From Dimorphilus gyrociliatus (Eukaryota > Animalia > Annelida): a stretch of DNA of 64,000 nt. The position numbers and the translations under genes were made by a program. The notes under the pieces were generated by a model. The model had not been told where the DNA came from and did no database searches. It saw only the letters and a list, made by a program, of their open reading frames with translations. The number at the start of each line of letters is the position of its first letter. Within the stretch, counting starts at the first letter, position 1. The DNA lies in the NCBI GenBank assembly GCA_904063045.1, contig CAJFCJ010000009.1:724942-788941 (forward strand), given 5' to 3'. Shown in pieces: positions 36,306-49,520 of the stretch.

Positions 36306-39300
36306 CTATTGAGAAAGAAATTGGAGTTTTTGTGTTAAAATCGTTTCCTCAAGTTTTTCTCTTTCTAAGGCAGAATTTAGCAATTCAAGTCCTTCCTCTA
36401 AGTTGTTAAATGATGGATTTTGTGAATTTTTACTTTGTTCTGTTGTTATGTTAATAATTTCATTAACGATTTCCATTTCCTGTTTTTCTTCTACGATACT
36501 TTCATATAATTGGTCAACGCTGCAAGCAACTTCAAGTAAAGATGAATTTGTATCGTCATTTATATAAAATTTCTTCTTTTTATAGGGTTCTTTGACCTCT
36601 ATACTTTTTCTTTTCAAGTTCCTGGCAACAGTTTCTGCAATTGTGGCATCTAGCATAGACTCTGGTTGGCTTAAGACTTCGCTGATCCACGCATTTGGCG
36701 GCTTGTAAACAACCTTTCTGGCGGGATTTAAAAAGACTTTGATACCATTTGATAATATCTGTAAAATAAAGAAAATAGGTTAATATATATTTAATAAAAA
36801 CAAAGAAATACTGTTTTAATATCGTACCCTGAAATTCGATATGAGATGATTGATACAAGAAGAAATTATCTCTGTCCACGGAACACATATAATTGGTAAT
36901 TCACATTCACAAAGGACTCTCTCCTCGAAAGCTACTTTAGTTTTATGCAGAAGACGATTTACTCTAGAATTTTTAAAAGATTGATTAAAATAATTTTTAA
37001 TAATTTAGTAAAAGTATTACATACTTTGTATATAACAGACTGGAATTTAGGTCGCTGGTTGATATTGCAGCATCAAGAAAATCTGTCACATCATTAACAA
37101 CATCCGACCAATTTTCAGTTTTTTCATTAGTGAATTCAAAATCAGGTAACGTTAATGAAAATATGAAATCTGTTATGTACTCAATAATATGTGAATCATT
37201 CCAATTGTTTGGTGGTAAATCTAAAATTAGACAAAGTTATTTCAATACAAATGTTTAGCTATTGTTTGATATTATAAACCTTCGTTACTTTCAGCAAGTT
37301 CATATATAGGCCAAGATGACAGTTCACTAGAAGCAATAATACTCTCAGCAATATATTTCAGAACGTCATTATAAAACTGAATCATAATTTGAGGTCCCTA
37401 GATTTAAGTAAAAGATAATTAGATTATTATAAACACAAAAATCCACCTATATGTATATAGGCTTACTCTATCAAGTAGATTCTGTTTTCGTCGTTTCATT
37501 AAGTCTCTATAAACTAAATTGAAATATTCAGTTTGTAAAATATCTGATACGTAATCGCACAAATCGGAAGATTTCAGTAAAATTTCACATGGTAAACGTA
37601 AAGCCAGCCATTCGAGATTTTCTTCCAGCTACAATTAAAAAAGAGAGAATCGTTAAATGCAAATATCTTTATCCTTTTTTTCATTTTACCATATCAAGAG
37701 TTTTAACTTTGTTATCGAATGGTAAAATATCCATTCGAAAGTCGGAAAATCCTTGTAGTTTTTGAAATTGAATTAGGTTCGATGACATAACAAGTATTGG
37801 AATCTGAGATTGTAATGGTAACGTTCGTATATAATCTATTCGCTTGTTAAGCTCAATTCCAGTTTCACTGCTTGTACACAGTATAACGGCTGATGTTCCT
37901 TTGAACACTTGTCTCAAAGTTGCATCATTTGAACCAATTCCTTGAAGAGTTCTTATACAAAAGGTTATTTTTTTATTTTCAATGTCTGTTGTATATAGAC
38001 TCAATAGTTTGCTCTGAAAAACAAAAGCAAAATTTAAGTTTTTACCAGCTTATTTATCAAACAAAACTCACTTTTTGGATATTAAATCTTTCATCATCAA
38101 TTGCTCCTTGAGAGAATTTTTGCTTTAACCACTGAGTAAGTTTATGATCAGTCTCTGGGTGAGCTAATAATATTTTGCAGTAAATATGCTTACTCTTACA
38201 GTTCTTTGCCAAGTGAGAGCCTATAGAGTAAGATAAGGATAATGGAGACAAAAACTTGTGTTCTAAGTCACACAGTCTCTTTTCTGCTTCTTCAATCGCT
38301 TTTTTAATATTCAAGTCGGCATAGGCAATATCATTTATTCTCTTTGCAGTCACTTTGGCGTGTCCTATATGTATATTATCACCCTCTAATCGAATTCCTT
38401 GTGATAATGAATTTAATTGTTCGGATGTTGTTAAAATAGGTGGCGCAGACGGAAAATGCTTCATATTCCATTTTAACTGTAATTGCTTTTTCAGCACAAA
38501 TTTCCATGATTTCCATAAATTACCAAGTCTTAAAATTTGTACTTTTTCAAGGGCATTCTGCAAAAATTGCTTTCGCTCTTGAATTGACTTTTCATGAATA
38601 GTAAATGAAAGGTGCCTGGCATCTGTGACTACAATATCTTCTACTAAACTGGACAAAAGTTCTTCTGAATAACTAAGATTAAATTTTTCAGTCCATTCTC
38701 TTTCGGCTCTATGCAACTCTTCTGAAGTGATCTCTCGGCATAAATCATTTACGACAAGGTCAGTTAATGAATTTGTGCAATTTTGTATAGCTGCTTGTTT
38801 AATTGCAGCAGCTTCAGCCCTATTTCTATGATGAATTTCAACTTCCTCTCTCTTGCATTCTTGGCATATTTCGCTAACGAAAAGAAAGTTCAATTATTTT
38901 AACTGTGAGTATACTTAAAACAAAAAAAAATACATACGCTATGTAAGAATTAACGGTTGTCGTGATAAGCTCACTGCAAATATTAATTCTAATATTTGAA
39001 ATAAGCTTTTCGTCACTGTGAACACTTTCAATGATCGTAAGTATGGTCTCTCTACAGGTTTCATTAAGAAAATTTTCAAATATACTATTTATAACCTATG
39101 ATAAAAAAGAAATCATTTATAACTAGAATTTTATCAAATTTAATTAAAACAAACTTCTTCATCAGATTTTTCAGCACTTTCAGTTGGCTCTGATTCTGTT
39201 GGTGCTACTTGCATATAAGCTTGAACGTAAAATCGACCATCTTTGTCGAAGCTGGATGAAGGTTCTTCAACATTTAGCTTTTCTAAAGGACCACCGTTTA

Positions 39301-41737
39301 TAACTTCCTCCAACGGTTCCTCCATTTTACTTTCTACTAGTTGTATAGCTCTTTTTAATTTAAATTCAGCTTCTGGTTTAATTAGTGATTTTTGTTTTAA
39401 AACAACATGCTGATTAGTTGTTTCAATTTCAAAGTGATGGAAAAATTCTTGAGCTTGAAATTCATCCTCAAAACATAATTGATCCACAAGATCTCCAATT
39501 GGTATCTATTTAAATTATTGAAATAATTAAATAAGATAATGACAAGAAAAATAATACCTGAGTATTTGCAGTATAGGCTTTACACATAACTTTCAAAGCA
39601 AAAGTTCTAACTTGAACGAAATAACGATGTAGTATAGCTGCTTGTAGAAAAGATGCTTTTTTTACAAGTTTAAAAAATCGTACATAATTATTGGCATTCA
39701 ATGTTTGATGAACTTTGACAACATATCGAACTTGTTTAGATTCTCTAACTTCAAATCTTAACTGCTGAACTTCTCTATAAAACAAAGGGGAGAAATTGTT
39801 GCAAATTTATCAAAGGAAAATATGAACGTATTGACTTAAAAAATACCTTAAACAATCACCACCATTTAAATTCATAAGAACAATATAACTACGAAATTCT
39901 GCTTCGTTTGGGCAAAGTATTCCTTTCGATTCTAAGTCTTTGTACAGTTCCTTTAGGGTTTGCAAGCATTTTGTCAAGTTTTCATCATTAATTTTTTTAT
40001 CGAACACAGCCATATGAAGTTCGCATAGTCGATGGGAGCAATAGATATGAAATCTTGCGCACTTTTCGACCAAACTTACGGTTGACGTATCGCACAATTG
40101 TTGTTGAGTGATATCCTTAAAATGAACATCATATATATATAATCTATAATCTAAATAAGTTCACTTACCTTTCTAATAGCCCTTGTTCTATTCCATAAAA
40201 AGTCGTACCATTCATCCCAATGAGCCTCGTCAGGCATCTTCAAAACAGTTTGAAGTAAATAGTTCATAGTTTTTTCAAGAACATATACTGGACGAACTTC
40301 ATGGGGTAAAGGCATTTCTTGATCAGCTGATGATCTACTGTATTCTTTAACTGCTCGTGAATGATCTACAATATCATGTCCAGGAACAACCTCATATATT
40401 GACAATCTCCTTTTATCTTCTCTGAAATATCGCTCTTTTTCCGGACACATATCAGGACAAGTTCCCATAACATGCCCTCTTCGTGGCTTATCTTTGAAAT
40501 TTTTTCGATATTTCTTGTCATAATTGTCTAATACGAGCCATTTCTCGCCCGCATTTTTACCTGTGACAAGCTCATTGTAACGAATTGGAGCAGGACTAAC
40601 GCTTCGACTATTAACTGGACTATCCACCCTGACAGGTGAAGCTGGCCGGGGCCGTGTTCTAAGAGGTAGTCTTTCAACAGTTGAATCAGGGAAATTAAAG
40701 TCTGCCTCTATATCTGTTGTGCCTTTCATTGTTAATAGTTCATCGTTTATATTTCCCTTATTAGCGACTTCAGAAGCTCCTGACCGCTGTGGAACATTCT
40801 GACTTGCATTAGATGGTGGGTTTGTTTTGGCCCAAACAATTTCTATGTCATGATCCATACCATGTATTCTAGTTCCATGTTTTTTGGCTTCCAATGCAGA
40901 TCTTGTATCAGCAAAATGTACAATTGCCGTTTGCTTGAAAGAATTTATGGATATTTTGGTCACTTGACCAAATGTTTTAAAATGCTTATTCAGAATGTCT
41001 TTCTTATTAAATTTTATAGGTATTTTTTTACAAATGAAAACCAATTTTGGTCTGTCACTGCCTAGGCCAGGCACTGCTCTTCTGAATAATCTTTCATGTA
41101 AGTTTGTAGACAACCAGTCTTTCTTCTGTTTCTTGGTTTCACCTTCAGATAAAGCTCCTTTATTAAATAACGGTCGCTTATCAACCGTGGCAGGTTCATC
41201 TATTTTTTTCTCAACCTTCTCATCCTGAGCTAAATTGCCTTTACCAAAAAGCATTCTCTTAGAGGTACTCCCTTCATTATTTGATAATGAAAACTTCGAT
41301 GTACTAGATAATTGAGAATGTTTTCTTGTGTCGAAAAATTTTCCTTTATTTTCATTTTGAACTTCTTTTCCAAACAAACCTGTCTTAGGCCTCTGATTGC
41401 CATCATCAGAGGCAAACAAAGATGCACCGTCTTGTTCCTTGTTTGCAGGCTTTCCAAATAATCCAAAAGTACTTTTAGAGCTCGTGCTAAACTCAAAGTT
41501 AGGTGCATTTGATGAAGAAACTGAAGGATTCCAATTTGGAGCTTTGTTGCTATCTTGACCAACAATTTCTTTACCAAAAAGGGTTAACTTTTCTTTTTGA
41601 CTTCCTCCTGTTTGCTGTTTTTCATTCTGGTTCATTACAGACCTACCGAAAAGTCCCTCTTTATTTGCACCAGTGAAAGAAAATGTGAAATTAGGAGGAT
41701 TTGATGATTGAATTGCATTATTGCAATTCCCCTCCAT
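36306..41737 (-). CDS. MCM3AP: GANP / MCM3AP / Xmas-2 (TREX-2 scaffold, multi-exon)
   Basis: N-terminal xLFG/FSF repeats, RRM-like segment ([14 protein letters not shown]), Sac3 domain [12 protein letters not shown]...[22 protein letters not shown]...[21 protein letters not shown], and C-terminal SWPIYEL...LPPNNWN. Stop at 36306-36308. Confidence 0.92.
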
Positions 41738-42155
41738 TTTGATTTTAAACGGAAATAGTGCTAGCAGACGACTTAATAGCCCATGTGAATTGCGTAACCT
41801 AAATTACCAGTTCTATTTTTTATCCAAGATTCTCACTAATCAAGCAAAACCTAATGAGTAAATTGAACGTTATACTTTCAAAACAACTAATAGTAATGCG
41901 TGAGATTCAGAGAATATCCAATCAGAAACTATTTTCTCTAAAACAAATAAATCTTTTATTTTTCAAGATTAAACATCAAAATAAACCCTATCTGAATATT
42001 ATTTATTTTAAATAAATATAAGTAAAGATATATATCGTGATATTTAAATTTTTAGATATGTCAAATTTATCCCAGAAATTATTTACGAAATTGAGTATAG
42101 AAAAGTATTCCAAGGTTTGAGCGCACTCCCTGATCCTTAATTTTCGGCAGGCGGT

Positions 42156-43047
42156 ATGTTCTACCATGTAAGTTTTCATATGTTTTAAGTATATATTATC
42201 ACACTCAGAATGTTCGGTGATTTTTAAATAGCTCATAAACTGAACACTAGCTTTTGTTTTAAATTTTCGTGCGATATGCTTGATTCTGAAATTTCATAAT
42301 GGGCGATAATACAGATAACTTTGGATAAAGAAATATTGCTCCATCCCCGCTATTTCGGACCAAATCTTTTAAATACTGTGAAACAAAAACTCTTCTCAGA
42401 AGTAGAAGGTACATGCACCGGAAAGCATGGTTTTGTTGTAGCCGTAACGACAATTGATGACATAGGGGCCGGTCGAATTTTACCTGGACAGGGTTTCGTT
42501 GTTTACCCTGTTTCCTACAAGGCCATTGTATTCCGACCTTTCAAAGGAGAGGTTGTAGATGGAGTTGTGACTCAAGTAAACAAGGTTGGCTTATTCGTTG
42601 AGGTTGGACCGTTGAGTTGTTTCATTTCAAGACACGTAAGTTAAGATCATGACCAAAATAATAATAAATATTAACACTTCTATGTTATAGTCCATACCAG
42701 CAGATCTCGAATTCGATCCAAACGCTACTCCTCCCTGCTACAAAACTAAAGACGAGGTTGATAAAAAAAAGTTATTTTATAATAAAGCCCTAAATCTTGC
42801 GTTTTTTTTCAGGATACCCTAATCCAGCAAGATGATGAAATTCGCCTGAAGATTGTAGGTACAAGAGTGGATGCTTCGGATATTGTAAGATACATAATTT
42901 GCATGAATAAATACATAAAGCTAAATATTGTCTTTAAAATAGTTCGCAATTGGTTCGCTCATGGACGACTATCTAGGTGAGTACCTTTTACGAATAATTG
43001 TTATTATTGAATACTAACTATTATTAAATTCTACAGGAGTGACATAA
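42156..43047 (+). CDS. POLR2G: RNA polymerase II subunit RPB7 (multi-exon)
   Basis: MFYH|[18 protein letters not shown]...[16 protein letters not shown]...[21 protein letters not shown]...[12 protein letters not shown]...[10 protein letters not shown]. Confidence 0.97.
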
Positions 43048-43304
43048 TTTATTCTGAATTTGGATGTCTGTATAAATACAATAATAGCCGTTATCTTTTT
43101 TTACATAAAAATATGCTTTTTTCATATTTTGTTCAGTGTGTTGATATAAAAGCTTCGATGCATACGTTGCCACATCAGCAAAAATAGTTCTTTCGAAAGG
43201 ACATGTCGCCCCTATTATGTTAAAATCTTAGGATTCACATAGGCAATTTTTTGTCTTTTTTAACAAAATTTATTAATTATTCATTAACAAAACTATTATA
43301 TAAC

Positions 43305-44005
43305 TTATTCATCGGCATTTGCCCTCTCAACCGCGAATGGTTTTTCAACTGGTAGAGAACCGCAATCAGCAATAACGACCTCTGATACAGGTCTATCGCT
43401 GCTTGTTTTGGTGTTTTCAATTTTTCTAACGACATCCATACCCTTTAAAACTTTACCAAAAACTACATGTCTACCATCTAACCATTCGGTTTTTTTAACA
43501 GTTATAAAGAATTGTGATCCATTAGTATCTTTTCCAGCATTAGCCATAGATAACCAACCAGAACCATAATGCTTGAGCTTGAAGTTTTCGTCGGGGAATT
43601 TTTCGCCATAGATTGATTTGCCGCCTGTTCCATCGCCCCTAGTGAAGTCACCTCCTTGAATCATAAAATCTTTGATAACTCTATGGAATTTGCTGTTTTT
43701 GTAAGTTAGTCCTTCATTAACTCCTTCTGCAAGCTCCTTGAAATTTTTAGCCGTTTTTGGGGTGGTTTTACCAAAGAGACCTATTTCAATGCGTCCAGCT
43801 TTTTCGCCACCAATTGTAATATCGAAGAAAACCTAAAATGAGACGTGCCGGTCATAAGGGGTTGAGGTTTTTACCAAAATAAACAAAAACTTACAATATC
43901 AGTAACTTTGGGTCCCTTAACGGCAGCTTCAGTGGAACCTGTCCATGTGCTTAAGATAAGCAACAACGCTATGGAGAAGCCGAATATGCTCGTGTAAACT
44001 TTCAT
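43305..44005 (-). CDS. PPIB: Cyclophilin B (ER peptidyl-prolyl isomerase), 2 exons
   Basis: Signal peptide, [55 protein letters not shown] and [12 protein letters not shown]. Confidence 0.95.
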
Positions 44006-44062
44006 CCTCCTTCGCATATGAAGTTGAAATGAAAATAAAATGCTCATGCAGACGATTGGGAA

Positions 44063-44081
44063 CGTGTCGATTGTCTATTGG
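44063..44081 (-). promoter_or_regulatory. ERSE-like element CCAAT-N9-ACACG upstream of PPIB
   Basis: Minus strand reads CCAAT agacaatcg ACACG, one mismatch to CCAAT-N9-CCACG. A second CCAAT lies at 44055-44059. Confidence 0.45.
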
Positions 44082-46005
44082 TTCAAGACAATCTTTTCGT
44101 ATTGTAGAGCAAATTTAAATTTCCGAAGAAAACCGGAAATATTTACAGTTTTGGCGCCTAAATGAATTTAAATAATTTTTTCTATAATTTTTTTTACATT
44201 GCTCTTACTAACGTTTATTACATTCTATTCAATTAGCCTACGATGCTCAAATTCTTAATTAATTATCTTATAAATCTAATACGCTTAATATCCATCTTAA
44301 ATATATCTCCTTAAACTTCCATATTATTGCTAAGATATATAATTAAATAATAAAAAAGGTATAACTTTAGTTTTTATCTGGAATAAGTCTAATAAGAAAA
44401 AGGATTAAATGTCAAAAAAAAATAGGCAACAAGTACAGTCTACTTAGTATTTCGGAAAGGGAAAAAAGTGATAGATTAGATGATAGATATATAGAAATAT
44501 TTCAACTTGCAACGTTTACTGCCTAATTTTAATGTTTATTCGTCTGAAATAAGAACGAAAACCTTTACTGTAAATATCATTCATCCATTTCTTATAAGGG
44601 AACGAAAAAACTTGTATAGTGATATATAAAGAAAAAGATTAATTGCATCATGTTTTTTACAAAAAAAAAAGAAGAAAAACCATGATAGATTAACTTTCTT
44701 ATTGATTATTTCGTAAAGAAGAAAATCATGTCGTTTTGACGCGCTAGCTTTCTACGGCTTTATTCCTTTCTGTTCTATGCTTGTTTATTCGTTTAGTTAT
44801 AACAATGAATTAAGTTTATTATTATATTTTAAGATTATTATAATATCCGAATTAAATTTAGAGATATTGCTAGATTATTAGTCAAAACATAGAATATAAA
44901 CACTAACATGTTATTAGTAAAATTTCACTTTTATCATCTAGAAGAAAGACACTAATGAAGATAATTATAAATATAATTTATAATGATTACTGTATGTTTA
45001 CTTTTATAGTTTATAAAATACAAGTAGTATTTAATATTGGCATATTTTTAGATGATTTTAATTGCAAACGTTGATATAAATGCTATAAATAGATTTTTTA
45101 TGATTATGGTTATGGATATAATTAGTCCAAACTGGATTACTAGTTGTCAAACTAATCAATGGATCTCTACAATAAACTTGACAAACGCGGAATGAGATTG
45201 CAAAACTTATTAGTTATAGAAGAAAAACTCGTAAAAGAAAACTCGTATTACTAAGTACCGTTAAAATTTTGATTGTCTAAAAGCCTATATACCATAATGA
45301 CCTCCTTTGTGGAATAAATAACATTAATTTACAATAAATATATTGAGTAATATTGCCATAGTTCTTTGCAGTGCATTATATGATACCATATTTACGTAAA
45401 AAATTCTTATCAGAACAATTAACTGTTTAATTCCTAGATGTGCCTTAAGATTGAAATATCAATGAAAAAAGTACCTGTAAATGCAATTATAAAGCCAAAG
45501 AGAAGAATATTAGAATACTCTCTTTAACAAAGCATATAAAGATAACCTATTTTCAAGACAACTGTACTTATTACGTGAGTTTGGTTTGATGTAAAAAAAT
45601 AAACTGCTTCAAATAAGAATAAACGATAAGAAGAAGCAGTACACCAAAGGAATAATGTACTGTACTATAGTACTATAAATATAGTATATAATCTAGTCAA
45701 TAGGAAACAAGGAAAGAGCAAGATAGGGTGTTAAGATCTAGGAAATAAATCAATATAAATATAAATCTTATACGCATAAGAGGAGAAAAAAATATTCGTT
45801 CACAATTGATACAGCAACTCGAAAATAAAGAGACATTTTATAGAAAGAGAATTATGATTTTCGTTGGATGAACGCTTTCATATACGAATAATAGTAGTGA
45901 TTAAGGCTTGTTGATTTGAAAAAGAAGAGATAAGAAAACCAGCTTTTTTCTATAGTTTTTTAAAAACTTCATCACTGGAATTTTTTTCTTGAGAATAAAA
46001 AGTAG

Positions 46006-46020
46006 CTCTCTCTCTCTCTC
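46006..46020. repeat. (CT)n microsatellite upstream of ARRDC
   Basis: ctctctctctctctc. Confidence 0.85.
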
Positions 46021-46068
46021 ATATTTGTGGTACCCTGCTTATCTTTTTCTAGCCATACCATAGTAAAG

Positions 46069-46078
46069 GCGCATGCGC
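46069..46078. promoter_or_regulatory. NRF1-type palindrome GCGCATGCGC in the ARRDC promoter
   Basis: Perfect palindrome in very AT-rich DNA about 155 nt upstream of the ATG. A CRE-like TGACGTAA lies at 46158-46165. Confidence 0.55.
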
Positions 46079-46231
46079 GTTCACTACAGCACTTTGCGCA
46101 AAAGACTAAAAGTAGACTTCCGCTGTCAACAGTGAGCTAGTTTTTCATCAGTTAGTGTGACGTAAGGCAGGAAAAACAATGAGACAACTGTAATCTTTGA
46201 ATTTTAATCTTTGAGTACGACCTGAAATAAA

Positions 46232-47407
46232 ATGGGCAAATTAAAGTGCTTTGAAATAGTATTCACTGAAAATAAGACTGTTTATCATCCCGGTGAGCGA
46301 GTTCATGGACAGTGTATCGTGGACATTAAAGGAGAAATGCGAATGAGAGCTCTAAGGATTTTTATGAGAGGTGTTGCAAAAGTTCATTGGACAGAGTCAC
46401 GAAGTACCGGCACCCGATTAGGCTCGTACACCGAACACTATAAAGCCGAAGTTGAATACTTCTTCAAACGCCTTGTTCTTTTTGACGGCGATCGGGGTAC
46501 ATTAAACGAAGGTCGTCATGAATTTGATTTTTCCTTCGAAGTTCCTTTAGATCGCACTATATCAACCTCTTTTGAAGGTAAGCACGGAAGCATACGTTAT
46601 TGGCTCAAGGCCGAAATGGACAAGCCCTGGGCTTTGAATCACAAAACTAAGAGAGCTTTTACTGTAATTAGTCCTATTGATATTAATCGATCTGAGTTTC
46701 AAATCCCTGTGGAAAATAGTGCTGAAAAGAGGCTGTGCTGTTGGCTATGTACTTCTGGACCCGTATCAATTACAGCCAGAACAGATAGAAGAGGCTATTG
46801 TCCAGGAGAATCTATTGCGATCTGGGCTCATTTCGAAAATCATACATCCAGAACAGTCATACCTTATGCCACTCTTCATCAAACGCAAACTTTTTATGCA
46901 ACTGGAAAGTCTAGGGTCAGGGCCACAAAGTTTACTGTTCTGACTGGACTACCTGTTGCAGCCGGATCAAGAGCGACGTGGGATGCACAATTATTGAAAA
47001 TACCTGCCGTATCGCCTTCCATTGTCAATTGTTGCCTTATAAAGGTAGAATATTACGTCAAAGTAGCCGTTCATATTCCAGGAGCATATAATTTGGCTTT
47101 GAATTTACCAATTACAATTGGAACAGTACCACATCGCTCCGGGCGATTACCCCTTGCTCTTCCAGTTCCTCCTCCTTATAGGGAAATTGCAACACCTCCT
47201 CCCCCAATTGATGATCCCCCACCCACGTACGTCGAATCTCTTGGTGGTGCTGTCAGTATAAGAGACGAAGACGACGACGAACAAAATACTATTGGAGAAT
47301 TACTTTTTACACCTATGTATACATATGTTGTAGATTATCGCTTTCGACCTCCTCCCGCCTATTCTGAACAAGATCCGCATCCTTTACCAGCTGCTAATCG
47401 TGTATAG
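46232..47407 (+). CDS. Intronless alpha-arrestin (ARRDC2/3/4/TXNIP family), 391 aa
   Basis: VYHPGERVHG, GVAKVHWTE, TSFEGKHGSIRYWLKA, RRGYCPGESI, CCLIKVEYYVKV, LPITIGTVP and three PPxY motifs (PPPY, PPTY, PPAY). Confidence 0.93.
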   Translation: MGKLKCFEIVFTENKTVYHPGERVHGQCIVDIKGEMRMRALRIFMRGVAKVHWTESRSTGTRLGSYTEHYKAEVEYFFKRLVLFDGDRGTLNEGRHEFDFSFEVPLDRTISTSFEGKHGSIRYWLKAEMDKPWALNHKTKRAFTVISPIDINRSEFQIPVENSAEKRLCCWLCTSGPVSITARTDRRGYCPGESIAIWAHFENHTSRTVIPYATLHQTQTFYATGKSRVRATKFTVLTGLPVAAGSRATWDAQLLKIPAVSPSIVNCCLIKVEYYVKVAVHIPGAYNLALNLPITIGTVPHRSGRLPLALPVPPPYREIATPPPPIDDPPPTYVESLGGAVSIRDEDDDEQNTIGELLFTPMYTYVVDYRFRPPPAYSEQDPHPLPAANRV

Positions 47408-48079
47408 AATTTATGTAAGCTCTGTTGAATTTTCAGATTTATTTTACAGCTCTTTTTTAACATCAATAATATACAAATTACAGTATTATATATACTATAT
47501 ATACTGTATAGGTATATATATATATATATATGCGTGCATTTTAGTCGACTAGTCAACTGTTTCCCAAATTGCCTTATCTATAAATTAAGAGGAAATTCTT
47601 TTTGTGTTTGTTTGTTAAAAACTGAAAACATTTTTTTTATATAGATTGATTAACAGAGTACTGTACATCAGTATTAACATTTCCAAATGTCTGTGCTCTT
47701 ACCAAATTAAGATTTCAATATTCTTATTATAACAAAAAAATACAGTTTATTACTGATAATACTCTATTAACTCTCTCTCCCTGAGCGTTGATTATTATGA
47801 CTTCTTTTTAAATAGATGTTTTCTCGTAACTCATTTTGTTACAATGTGTAATTTTTTATTTAATAATATATGCAAATATTCTATAACAAAACTGTTGCAG
47901 ATTTCTCTTTTTAAACAAAAATTTATGTCTATTGATATAAAGTCAATTGGTCTAGGGTGGAACATTTTCTTTTCGTTACATTTCTCTTCTTCTTCTTCTC
48001 CTGTAATCTTATCACCTGCTCTTTTTTTTGTAAATAATGATAATACCACACTTTCGTGTTAGAAGATAGCATACAGATT

Positions 48080-49520
48080 CATAAATATGTGACAACTAAA
48101 ACTATTAAATTGTACGGGTATATTTGCTTGATTGTACTTTCTATATGGCTTATGTCGCGTAGCATATCACCAGTTTGCTAGTTAATAATGGGAACGATAT
48201 TACATTTTCCCGATGTATAAATTGTTTCTTTTTACTGATTTCATATTATTAATTGAAGAGTTTGTTTATCTCAATTAATAGTCTTATATGAAGTTAAAAG
48301 GATCAGTGACGTTAGCTAGGATAATTTCTCCCTGCCCCTTCGAAAATTTAATGTTATTGCCCTATCATAAGAAATCTAGTTGAAGACTTTAAACTGACAC
48401 GTATATGGCAGATGATTCATCCAGATACACTATGTATTAAAATATAGCATAAAATATATATGATTCAATTGTTTAATCGTAAATCAAACAAAACCTTGGG
48501 GCTTCTCTCTCCTTAATTATTTTATATACGTCACCAGTTTGCTATTCAGGCAAGATAGATGTTTTTAGTGTCCACAACCATTTGATAATTAAGTAGCCCA
48601 TTTACCAAGAATGCATAATCTCATTTGGTTTTGCATTCGATCGTTTCATTTTATCAGAATTACAGTCTTCGTGTTTGACACATTCTAATAAGTACATTGA
48701 TGTCCCACTATACGCTAAAGTATCATATTTTTCTAATAAATCAAATGTTTACAATTTTTCATGATATTCTTTTACAACACCTAAAGGAAATGCATCAAAT
48801 TTAATTGATGATTGTACTCCTATATATAATTTACAGAAAGTCTAAGTGTATATTTCATATACTCTAAATCAATTTTAAATATAGCACCAGTTACACCTTC
48901 AAAAAAGAATTAAGGGCGTTGAGTACTTTAAGTAACTCATATAGCCCATTAGTTTTTCACTGTAAGAACAGCGAACTTCGTATTCTAGTAGGTTTTGTTG
49001 TTTGTGAGTATTCTCATATTTTCAGCTTTACGTTTAATCTTTTCGATAATTTTGTCTAGATTATGAATAACCTTAAGGTTAACCTTGTCAAATTCCGCTA
49101 ATACAACGTTTTCTAAATTATTTAGAGCAAAATTATCTCTATTATTTTATAATTCTTGAAAGTTTCGTAACAGGGTCGCTAACTAGACAAACATTGCGGA
49201 AAAGCGTAGAATTTTAAGAGAAACTAAGTTATATAAATAATAAACACATACTAGTATCATTATCAGAATTTTCGATGTTTTCGAAAAGTGGTATCCTTTT
49301 CAGAGTTGTTTCTGCTCTTTCTGATTAATCAGACTGAGTTCCACAGAAAGGAAAAGAAATTTTACTTTTCTCTTTATCATTTTCCCTACAAACATAATTA
49401 TTTGAGCATTCTATGCAGGATATACGACTGCTTTGACAGAGAAGGATACGAGATTTTTGATTCGACAAATGATGATTTGCATATAGCGTGATTTGTGTTT
49501 TTTCAGTTGTTAGTAAGAGA
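48080..49520 (-). pseudogene. Probable decayed TRIM-like (RING, B-box, coiled-coil, propeller) pseudogene
   Basis: Minus-strand fragments: SRILLCQSSRISCIECSNNYV...ISFPFCGTQSD* (RING-like, stop at 49325-49327), LKFYAFPQCLSS*RPCYETFKNYKIIEI (B-box-like), a helical NNLENVVLAEFDKV...LDKIIEKIKRK segment, and VVDTKNIYLA / TGDVYKI pieces. Multiple stops and frameshifts. Confidence 0.4.

Noticed and set aside
36306-37640. Possible separate gene between PPT2 and GANP
   Set aside because: The exons translate to GANP C-terminal motifs and continue the same minus-strand gene.
43187-43202. Small hairpin GTTCTTTCGAAAGGAC between the convergent POLR2G and PPIB 3' ends
   Set aside because: Too short and isolated to call a SECIS, snoRNA or terminator.
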